A stretch of 59,149 nucleotides of DNA, the filler included. It is 8 parts of 8 records of this genome, joined end to end, with 100 filler letters (N's around TTAATTAATTAA, not from the genome) between each part and the next. Parts side by side here need not be neighbours in the genome. Positions count along the whole stretch, not along the records: positions 48,130 to 53,684 come from SRR31147125_110865; positions 53,785 to 59,149 come from SRR31147125_111425; 6 more parts are not named here. One strand, 5' to 3'. The notes beneath the pieces were generated by a model. It was not told the DNA's origin. It made no database searches and saw only the letters and a program-made list of their open reading frames with translations. Numbering within the stretch: the first letter of the stretch is position 1; each line of letters begins with the position of its first letter. Positions 50,921 to 59,149 of this stretch are shown one piece after another. A program made the translations under genes and the position numbers.

Positions 50921-51688
50921 ATGGCCGTTCCAAGCTCAATAAACTCGACTCCAGGATGCCAGCACTGCTCAGGCCTTCCAGCTTTGGATTTCGAGTTTTC
51001 CATGGCATTTCAGCCCTTAGTGGATGTCTCCAGTCAAACTATTTTTGGCTACGAGGCCTTGGTACGTGGCCCTAAAGGTGAATCGGCTTATTCGATCCTT
51101 TCTCAAGTTGAAGAGCGTAATCGCTACGCCTTTGACCAAGCCTGCCGGGTCAAAGCCATTAAACTCGCATCGAAGCTACAGCTCAACTCAGTCCTGAGTA
51201 TTAACTTCTTGCCCAATGCTGTCTATAAACCGGAGCGCTGTATTCGAACCACGCTGGAAGCCGCTCAAAAGTATGGCTTTCCAACTCAAAACATTCTGTT
51301 CGAATTCACCGAAAATGAGCAGTTAATCGATCATGAACATTTAAAGCGCCTGATTGAGTATTACCACAAACTAGGCTTTCGGACTGCGATTGATGACTTT
51401 GGTGCAGGCTATTCTGGCCTGAGGTTGTTGGCCGACTTCCAAACCGATGTCGTTAAAATAGACATGGAGCTGATCCGGGGGATTGAACAAGACAAGGCTC
51501 GTCAGATCATCCTTAGAAACTGCTTAACCATGTTTGGGCAATTGGGCGTCACGCCACTGGCAGAAGGTGTTGAAACGAAAGAGGAGTACCTTTGGCTAAA
51601 ACAGGCGGGAATCGAAATCATGCAAGGCTATCTGTTCGCCAAGCCCGCCTTTGAGGCATTACCGCAGGCAAGCTTTCCGTCGGATTAA
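50921..51688 (+). CDS. Stand-alone EAL-domain phosphodiesterase
   Basis: FQP, EALVR, INF, EFTE, DDFGAGYS, KID, EGVE, QGY. Confidence 0.93.
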   Translation: MAVPSSINSTPGCQHCSGLPALDFEFSMAFQPLVDVSSQTIFGYEALVRGPKGESAYSILSQVEERNRYAFDQACRVKAIKLASKLQLNSVLSINFLPNAVYKPERCIRTTLEAAQKYGFPTQNILFEFTENEQLIDHEHLKRLIEYYHKLGFRTAIDDFGAGYSGLRLLADFQTDVVKIDMELIRGIEQDKARQIILRNCLTMFGQLGVTPLAEGVETKEEYLWLKQAGIEIMQGYLFAKPAFEALPQASFPSD

Positions 51689-51772
51689 GAAAACAGTGAA
51701 ACTTGGATTTTGTCCCAACATGACGATTCACGGTTAATGTCTTTAGATTCAAGACTGCTTGTTTATTGTTCC

Positions 51773-53684
51773 TTACTCCAACTGATTCTTCTTTAAACTT
51801 TGCGCCTCTTGCTCGGCATATTGCTTAAATCGAGGCAAGAATTTGTCCCAATCGATCTGATGGGAATCAAGCTCTGGGCCATCAATACAGGCGTGTTTGC
51901 GAATGAGTTTGCCCTCTTCCATCACGGGCACCATGCAGGCGCCGCACATGCCAGTAGCATCCACCATAATGGAGTTGAGGCTGGCCACACAGGGCACCGA
52001 ATAGGATTGAGTCAGATCGCTTACGGCCCGCATCATTAAAGGTGGGCCAATGGTAATGACCTCAGCCAACACCTGCTCACCTTGCTGGTGCGCTTTCAAC
52101 AAGCGATCCAAAGGTCCAGTGACAAATCCCTGCTCACCGAAACTGCCGTCATTACTGGTGTACATCACCTCTAACTGCTTAGGATAATTCTGCTTCAACG
52201 CCGCAATTCGTTCATCCTCCCTCACCCAAAAGGTGTGCTGCGAGGAGCGAAAGCCTGCGATCAGCACGGCCTGATTGCCAGCTTGCAGATGTGCCCGAAG
52301 GATGGGGTAAACAGCCGGCAGGCCAACACCTCCTGCGGTAAAGACCACTTTTTCGCCTTCTGGATAGGGGTATCCTGCTGGCTCGGCCCAAAGGCCCGGC
52401 AATGGCCGCAAAAACATCTCCCTTCTCAAGGCGATTCATCAACACTGAGCTGGCCCCCAGCCCTTGGATCACTAACTCTATGGTGCCTTGTTCGGCACTC
52501 CAATCGGCCAGCGTGAGGGGGAGCAGCTCGCCTTTTTCATCCATTAACACTCGAACAAACTGACCCGCCTGAGCACTTTGAGCAATCAGCGGTGCATGGA
52601 TGGTAAAAGCGACAATCTCTGCGGCCAGCTGCTGTTTGGCTTGAATGGTATAGGCCTGCTGGCCTAAACTCGTGTAGGCATCGGCTTGACTAACCAGAAG
52701 CTTGATCTCCCGAGGTTGAAGTTTCAAACTCGCCATGATCTCTTTCGCAGCCGCCTGACCATCACCTGCCGCTTTAATAGCAGTCGAACCACCTCGGGTC
52801 GCATCACCGCCACTGTAGACCGCTTCCATGGAGGTTTGCTGTGTATTCTGTTCGAGAAGCAAGGTGCCCCATTTGCTGGTATTCAGTTGGTGCTCAGCAT
52901 CTTTAACGATGGGGTTGGAGCTATTGCCTAATGCCATGATCACTAGCTCAGCCTTGATCACTTCCTGTTGACCGCTAGCAACCGGACGCCTGCGGCCACT
53001 GGCATCGGGCTCTCCTAAGGTCATCACGTCCAGCACTGCCTGAGTCACTCTATGGTGACTGTCACCTTGAAACTCTGTGGGCGAGCAAAGCTCTTTCAAG
53101 GCAATGTCCTCTTCCAGAGCATGGTGCAGCTCTTCCACCCGTGCTGGCATTTCGGTCTGAGTCCGGCGATAGACAATAGTGACCTTGCCTCCTAGCCTGC
53201 GTGCGGTACGAGCAGCATCCATGGCCGTGTTACCACCACCTATGATCAACACCTGCTTGCCCTTGACCTCAGGCAGGGGCGTTTCATAGTCACTCATGTG
53301 GGCTTGCATTAAATTGACCCGAGTTAAAAACTCATTGGCCGAGAGGATATTGAGCAGGTGCTCACCGGGAACCTGCAGAAATCGAGGCAAACCAGCCCCT
53401 GTGCCCACAAACACACGGGCAAAACCAGCTCGTTTAATGTCATCCAACGTGGCGGTTTTACCCACGATGTAGTTGGTGACAAAGCGCCCTCCAAGGCGGC
53501 GAATTTTCTCCACCACATCATCAATAAGCACATTGGGCAGGCGAAATTCGGGAATGCCGTAACGCAATACGCCACCTAAGGCATGAAAGGCTTCAAACAC
53601 AGTGACAGGGTAGCCCGCTTTGGCCAGCAAGTAAGCGTTAATGAGTCCGGACGGACCCGAACCCACCACAGCAATGGGAGGTTT
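51773..53684 (-). CDS. Fused Nfn/Sud-like oxidoreductase: GltD/SudA-like domain followed by SudB/PyrK-like domain; frameshift near 52370; 5'-truncated
   Basis: GSGPSG, YGIPEFRLP, GGGNTAMD, YRR; then GQFV, PLTLAD, GPLG, AGGVG, MVDATGMCGAC...CIDGPE. Confidence 0.85.
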
Positions 53685-53784
53685 NNNNNNNNNNNNNNNN
53701 NNNNNNNNNNNNNNNNNNNNNNNNNNNNTTAATTAATTAANNNNNNNNNNNNNNNNNNNNNNNNNNNNNNNNNNNNNNNNNNNN

Positions 53785-53991
53785 GGCAATAATCTTCAGC
53801 TGATGAGCATGATCCAGCAGAGCCTTGTCGACCAGTGTACCGCTACGGGTAATAATCGCTTCGTAATCACCGATAGCCTGGTGCAACTCAGGAATCGACA
53901 ATCCGAGTTTTTTATCAATAGAGATGCGCGGGTCATCCAGGAGTGGTAACAGACCGCTGTCCGAGATCTCGTCGGTAATAAGAACTTTCAT
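53785..53991 (-). CDS. serA: D-3-phosphoglycerate dehydrogenase (N-terminal fragment)
   Basis: MKVLITDEIS...AIITRSGT...LKIIA; serC is nearby. Confidence 0.75.
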
Positions 53992-54118
53992 GGTCAATCT
54001 ATCCTTGTGGAATTATGAAGAAGCCTGACTCAGGAGGTGGGATTTTAAGACCAACGTTGACCCATGTCAATCACGTAAGGCCCTTAATCGCAACAGAATA
54101 TTCAAAAAAGGGAAAACA

Positions 54119-55044
54119 TCAGGGCAGAAGTTGAACATCATCCAGATAAATTATTCTGGGTCGCTCCAACTTTCCAACGAACAGGCCCAGTCCGGCGACA
54201 TTCTGGAGGTTCAGCTCACGCGTTTTTGGAGCTGTTTTGACACGATTCAGGTCGATCACCAGACGGTTCCATCCTTGATGCAACGCAAAGCTGGTATTGA
54301 AACGGTCACCGTAAGAATTATTGTGTTCCTGATCATGGATACGGGCATATAAATCAAACGACTCGTCCTCCGGATTGTAAACTTTTATACTGACAGAACC
54401 ATATCCCTTCCAATCACGGGAAAGTCTTTCAACCCAATCCCGGAATAACGTTGAGTCGAGAGACTGACTCGCAGGGATTGGCCTCCAGAGAAAGCAACTT
54501 CATTACTGACCTGACGACGCGCGCTGCCTTTCCAACGTGTCTTCTCCAAAGGAGTTTCAAATCCGGACAGAAGAGGAAACTGGTGCCGCGCCCATAGATC
54601 GTCAACAAACACCTGAGCGGTTGGGAACAGGTTCCAAAGGAGCAGAAGAAGAATGGGAAGCTGCAAACCCTTCAACAGCAATCGCGGCAGGAGCATCCGC
54701 TGCGCAGAGAAAAAAAACAGGCCGAACAGGCTGCCGACAACATCATTTCCCAAGTCGAGCCAGGTGCCTTCACGCCCTATCTGCTGCTGCAATAATTCCG
54801 TCGCACCACCCAATACAACAGCCAGAACAACAACCTCAAGCGACAATCGCCAGAACGAAACCTGGCTGCGCCACCAGGAATAGAGACAGGTCCACAATGC
54901 AAAGCAGAACAGATGACCGGTTCCCCACGCGTAACGATAGCTGCGCAACGAATCGTGATGTGGGCCGCCCGTAAATAGCAGAGCCGCACAAATGAGGGCC
55001 AAGGGAAGCAAGAATATTAATAGTCGTCTATTGTGTGACATCAT
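54119..55044 (-). CDS. VanZ-like membrane protein with a C-terminal carbohydrate-binding-like domain; frameshift near 54419
   Basis: GH..F, ELLQ..GR...D...D VanZ motif; the shifted frame continues RDWKGY...RIHD...YGDRFN...GWN...IYLDDVQL. Confidence 0.8.
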
Positions 55045-55327
55045 ACATCAATAAAAGTGTTAAAATATCCGACACTAGCAAGATCGATGTGGTTATTTTA
55101 ACTCTTTCTCCGGCTGACCACCACCATCATCTTAACCGACAGCTTTGGCGTTTCAGGAATTTCTTTCTATTTCATAACAACTTAAAGAAGATAGACACAT
55201 CAGATTAAAACGTGAAAGCCAAAATTAGCGTACCCGAGGAATGCTATTTGCATTTAAAAAAAGCCTATGAGAAAATGACTTATTGATTGAAATATCGGAG
55301 GGGAGCGACGCTTCAAAGGAGCTATAA

Positions 55328-55708
55328 ATGGAAAGTCGTGCACAACAATACAGCCCGGTCAGGCAATTTCAACGCTTCAAAGCCATGAACCGCGCTCTGG
55401 TTCTGGTTGACCAGGGGCCGGAAACCCTACCGTATCACATTATGGATATCAGTGAAGGTGGACTCTCATTCCGCTACCTGGGCAAGAAGCTGAAACGGTC
55501 TGACATTAAAAAGATCAGCCTTTACCACGATCATGAACTGGTTGTGGACGACCTTCCGATCGAATCGATCTCCGACTTCCGTCTGCGCGACAACTTGGTC
55601 CCCGTTCGTCGCTGCAGTGTCCGCTTCGCCGCACTTGACGAAAACAAGCTGAGCAGACTCGAACGCTTTATTCAGACCTTCTCCGAAGGCCCTCTGCCCA
55701 TCAAATAA
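55328..55708 (+). CDS. PilZ-domain protein
   Basis: RQFQR and DISEGG c-di-GMP motifs. Confidence 0.85.
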   Translation: MESRAQQYSPVRQFQRFKAMNRALVLVDQGPETLPYHIMDISEGGLSFRYLGKKLKRSDIKKISLYHDHELVVDDLPIESISDFRLRDNLVPVRRCSVRFAALDENKLSRLERFIQTFSEGPLPIK

Positions 55709-55733
55709 GTTTTTCACCAACAATTTCAAACAC

Positions 55734-55767
55734 AGAAAGGCCACCTGATTTCTCAGATGGCCTTTCT
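55734..55767. terminator. Bidirectional terminator
   Basis: AGAAAGGCCA...TGGCCTTTCT between convergent genes. Confidence 0.75.
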
Positions 55768-55789
55768 ATTGATAATTTCTTATTTCAGA

Positions 55790-56443
55790 TTACTTTTTCA
55801 TCCGCCGGCGATAGAACGCCAAACCAGCAAGACCGGAACCGAGCAGAACAAGTGTTGCCGGTTCAGGGACAGGAGCAGAGCCTGCAATGAGTTGGGACTG
55901 AGCAGCTGATCCATTCCCAGACCACAGATTCATAACTTTAACATTCATTGCGCCTGTATCAATCGCTGTCAAAGAAGTTGCTAAAGAGTAGAATTCATTA
56001 TTACTCACATCCACACTATATCCCTGTAGTTTCCATATTGCATTCTGAAGAGCCGCTACGTCACCTGAGTTACCCTCATACCCTTGCAATGTTCCCAGCG
56101 AAAAATTCCAAAAAAGATACTTGGTTGCATCTACCAACAGACCCGGCCCTGGGTAATTGGTATCGCTACTCAGATATCCACGAATATCACTATCAATTGT
56201 TGCTTTATAATAAGAACCAGGTCTGAATGTGGTCTCCATCTGCAAACAAAACGTGCTAAAAGAAGACGTACTATCACCTACCTTGTAGACGTCATAATTT
56301 CCATTAGCTAACGAAGGGACACTCTTATCAGACACCCTCAAATAAACACTGTCTTCATCTGCTATGGGATACGCAAAAGCAGTTCCCACACCGACACAAA
56401 CAAACAAAGCGACAAGAATCAATTGAGTTATCTTTTTCATCAT
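55790..56443 (-). CDS. PEP-CTERM exosortase-target surface protein
   Basis: Signal peptide; TFC and ALQNAIW motifs; C-terminal PVPEPATLVLLGSGLAGLAFYRRR. Confidence 0.93.
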   Translation of the reverse strand: MMKKITQLILVALFVCVGVGTAFAYPIADEDSVYLRVSDKSVPSLANGNYDVYKVGDSTSSFSTFCLQMETTFRPGSYYKATIDSDIRGYLSSDTNYPGPGLLVDATKYLFWNFSLGTLQGYEGNSGDVAALQNAIWKLQGYSVDVSNNEFYSLATSLTAIDTGAMNVKVMNLWSGNGSAAQSQLIAGSAPVPEPATLVLLGSGLAGLAFYRRRMKK

Positions 56444-56479
56444 ATTTCCCCTTGAATAAAGTCTTATGAAGCTCAATAG

Positions 56480-56496
56480 AGCAATTTCAGGGCCAA
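56480..56496 (-). promoter_or_regulatory. Sigma54 promoter of the PEP-CTERM gene
   Basis: TTGGCCCTGAAATTGCT with -24 GG and -12 GC spacing. Confidence 0.75.
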
Positions 56497-56655
56497 AAGT
56501 AAATGCGTCTCCAGAGGTCCACACCTAACTCATCAGGCAATAGACATTTCTGCATATAAATCAGGAGGTTTTCGATTCAACATTAATAACTTTTCTTGTC
56601 GTATTTGTTTTCAGAGCACAGCACAACCCTGCTTTCAACCACCAAAACAAAAACC

Positions 56656-56724
56656 TGTCGAACAATTTAACAAAAAAGGCCCATACAGAATGAACTGCAC
56701 GGGCCAATGTAAGTTTTTTCGACA
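56656..56724. promoter_or_regulatory. Two TGT-N11-ACA enhancer sites
   Basis: TGTCGAACAATTTAACA (56656-56672) and TGTAAGTTTTTTCGACA (56708-56724). Confidence 0.65.
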
Positions 56725-56726
56725 GC

Positions 56727-57821
56727 CTAGCGGTTTTTCTTCTCAAAATCCCGCATAAACATCACCAACTTCTCAACCCCGGCGAACGGCATCGGGTTAT
56801 AAATCGATGCGCGAACCCCTCCGACATTCCGGTGTCCTTTCAGCGCATAGAGGCCCACGACCTCGGCTTCTTGGAGAAACGCCTCCTCCAGTTCTTCTGT
56901 CGGCAACCTGAAAGAGACGTTCATGGTCGACCGGAATTCCTTCTGTGCAACACCCCGATAAAAGGATCCATCATCAATGGCCTGGTAAATACGCGCAGCC
57001 TTGTGTTCATTGAGACTTTGGATCGAATCGATCCCGCCCTGCTCTTTCAACCACTCCAGCACCAGCTTGATCACATAGACGGCAAACGTGTTGGTTGTGT
57101 TCGTCAGAGAGTTGTCTTTGTCGCACTGTGTGTAGTCAAGCAGCGTCGGAACGGTATCGTCAGCAGAACCGAGCAGATCATCGCGAACAATAACCATCGC
57201 CATTCCGGACGGCCCCAGGTTTTTCTGTAGCCCGGCATAAATAACGCCGAACTGATTGTAATCGATTTTTCGCGACAATAGCTCCGATGTCATATCGGCA
57301 ATCAGCGGCACATCACCCGTCTGGGGAAACTCGTTCCAGCGTGTTCCGTAGATGGTATTGTTACCGGTAATATGCAGGTAAGCAGCGTCCTGATCAATCA
57401 TATCGGGAGTGACATCAGGAATAACGCTGTAGTCGGAATCCGCGCTGCTGGCAATCGTCTTGACGTTGCAGATTTTAGCCGCCTCCTTGGCGGCGAGTTT
57501 GGCAAAGTTCCCTGTCTCAACGTAGAGACATTTCCGCTCGGGCGAACGTCCGGCAAAATTCATCGGCAGCGCCGAAAACTGCATACGGGCACCCCCATGA
57601 ACAAAAAGAACGCGGTAATTCTCCGGCAATCCCGTTAATTCACGGAACAGATCCTGCGCCTCGTTCAGGATAGCAACAAACTCCTTGGCGCGATGGCTTA
57701 TCTCGATAACGGAGACACCCATCCCCTGGAAATTGAGCCACTCCTCCTGAATTTTTTTCATCACCGGAACGGGGAGCATCGCTGGACCCGCTCCAAAATT
57801 GTAAACACGTTCTTTCGACAT
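56727..57821 (-). CDS. serC: Phosphoserine aminotransferase
   Basis: NFGAGPAMLP, EISHR, NNTIYG, QKNLGP, GHRNVGGVRASIYN. Confidence 0.96.
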   Translation of the reverse strand: MSKERVYNFGAGPAMLPVPVMKKIQEEWLNFQGMGVSVIEISHRAKEFVAILNEAQDLFRELTGLPENYRVLFVHGGARMQFSALPMNFAGRSPERKCLYVETGNFAKLAAKEAAKICNVKTIASSADSDYSVIPDVTPDMIDQDAAYLHITGNNTIYGTRWNEFPQTGDVPLIADMTSELLSRKIDYNQFGVIYAGLQKNLGPSGMAMVIVRDDLLGSADDTVPTLLDYTQCDKDNSLTNTTNTFAVYVIKLVLEWLKEQGGIDSIQSLNEHKAARIYQAIDDGSFYRGVAQKEFRSTMNVSFRLPTEELEEAFLQEAEVVGLYALKGHRNVGGVRASIYNPMPFAGVEKLVMFMRDFEKKNR

Positions 57822-57853
57822 GATTTATCCTGACTGTTACAGAAAAACGAACA

Positions 57854-58120
57854 CTACTTCACAACTCGCAGGCCACCATTTCCACCACCTGACGGAGGCG
57901 TTGGATCCTCTTCCGGAGGCTCATGACTGGAAGACGCCGCAATTTCCGGCAACGCACCATCTGTCAACATCTGCTCAACCGAGTTGGCAATCACCAGACA
58001 CTGCTTCATACAGACTTTGTAAGCGGGGCACTGGGTGCAATCGACCTCACCCGCAGCAGCCTTCAGGCTGTGAATCAGCAGTTCAACACTCTCAAGTTGG
58101 GACAACGGAACAAAATACAT
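57854..58120 (-). CDS. Small Cys-containing hypothetical protein
   Basis: Fills the aroF-serC gap on the same strand; CTQCPAYKVCMKQC; ends GLRVVK. Confidence 0.65.
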   Translation of the reverse strand: MYFVPLSQLESVELLIHSLKAAAGEVDCTQCPAYKVCMKQCLVIANSVEQMLTDGALPEIAASSSHEPPEEDPTPPSGGGNGGLRVVK

Positions 58121-58139
58121 AACACACCAGAGCAGTCAA

Positions 58140-59149
58140 TTATCCGACCATTGTACGATCGGCAACTTCAGCAAATTTACGCAATTTTTTCATCATCAAT
58201 TCAAAATCTTCCGGACGCAAGGACTGCGGTCCATCACTGGCGGCTTTCTCCGGGCAAGGATGAACCTCAACAATCAGTCCGTCCGCCCCTGCTGCAGCCG
58301 CAGCATAAGACATCGGCGCAATCAGAGAAGCATGACCCGTCCCATGGGAAGGATCCACCATAACCGGCAAATGCGTCTGTTGTTTTAAAACCGGAACGGC
58401 CGAAAGATCAAGCGTATTCCGCGTTGCCGTTTCAAAAGTCCGGATTCCACGCTCACAAAGGATAACACGTCTATTTCCTTCAGAAAGGACATATTCTGCG
58501 CTCATCAGGAACTCCTGAATGGTGGTCGACATGCCACGTTTCAAAAGAATCGGCTTATCCAACTGCCCCAACATCTTCAGCAAAGCAAAATTCTGCGTAT
58601 TGCGAGCGCCAACCTGCATCACATCAGCATATTTGGCAACCAGTTCGACATCACGCGGATTGACAACTTCCGTCACAATCGGCAAACCAGTCTGCTCCCT
58701 CGCTTCAGCCAGCAGCTTGAGGCCATCCTCCTCCATCCCCTGGAAGGAATAAGGGCTGGTTCTCGGCTTATAAGCGCCGCCACGCAAAGCTCGGGCACCT
58801 GCAGCCTTGACCGCAGCAGCTGTGTCACAAATCTGCTCACGACTCTCAACCGCACACGGACCCGCAACGACAACGAATTCCTTGCCCCCAACGGCAAGAC
58901 CCGGAACAATCTCAACCGCACTCGGCTCCGGTTGAACTTCCAGGCTGGCAAGTTTATACGGCTTGAGGATCGGCACGACATTTTCAACACCCGACATCGA
59001 CTGCAGGATCTGAAGCTTCTCCTTGCCTCTCTCCTCTCCGACCGCTCCGATGACATTCCGCGTTTCACCGTAGATGATATGAGGCTGGTAGCCAAGTTCG
59101 ACAATCTTCTTCTCCACAGCCTTTAGATCTGCGTCCACTGCTCCTTTTT
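58140..59149 (-). CDS. aroF: DAHP synthase, type I-beta with N-terminal regulatory domain (start truncated)
   Basis: [45 protein letters not shown]. Confidence 0.95.
   Translation of the reverse strand, partial: KGAVDADLKAVEKKIVELGYQPHIIYGETRNVIGAVGEERGKEKLQILQSMSGVENVVPILKPYKLASLEVQPEPSAVEIVPGLAVGGKEFVVVAGPCAVESREQICDTAAAVKAAGARALRGGAYKPRTSPYSFQGMEEDGLKLLAEAREQTGLPIVTEVVNPRDVELVAKYADVMQVGARNTQNFALLKMLGQLDKPILLKRGMSTTIQEFLMSAEYVLSEGNRRVILCERGIRTFETATRNTLDLSAVPVLKQQTHLPVMVDPSHGTGHASLIAPMSYAAAAAGADGLIVEVHPCPEKAASDGPQSLRPEDFELMMKKLRKFAEVADRTMVG

Overview
This window is not one genome. It is eight unrelated contigs joined by 100-nt artificial linkers (N44-TTAATTAATTAA-N44). Taxonomic hints come from gene content only. 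(1) 1-6516, spore-forming Firmicute: coat genes with sigmaG-type promoters, pyrC-pyrF, a BceRS-like two-component pair, and two small proteins missed by the ORF track (Gly/Tyr-rich and Cys/Arg-rich) sharing a duplicated promoter/RBS. (2) 6617-12774, spirochaete-like: ABC family-5 binding protein, a large lyase-like hypothetical, a sulfatase and a PQQ-repeat protein. (3) 12875-18322, Desulfobacterota-like: YcaO, a broken old-yellow-enzyme gene, and a SAM-I riboswitch ahead of metY-metX-metW. (4) 18423-24319, Bacteroidota dcw cluster with two tandem ftsZ. (5) 24420-31962: MMPL, two tandem divergent KamA-family radical-SAM/PLP aminomutases, then glnHPQ. (6) 32063-48029: NqrA-like gene, a Tat-like protein, and a FadR-linked cluster (CoA transferase, acyl-CoA dehydrogenase, GH88-like, SDR, shikimate-DH-like) plus a TRAP transporter. 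(7) 48130-53684, gammaproteobacterium: several DUF genes, an unannotated CsrB-like sRNA, an EAL protein and a fused Nfn-like oxidoreductase. (8) 53785-59149: serA, VanZ-like, PilZ, a PEP-CTERM protein with sigma54 promoter and enhancers, serC, aroF. The best candidates for an undescribed system are the tandem KamA pair with non-lysine, non-glutamate pocket residues next to a Gln-type ABC transporter, and the CoA-dependent cluster around a GH88-like enzyme. Several single-base frameshifts look like sequencing indels.
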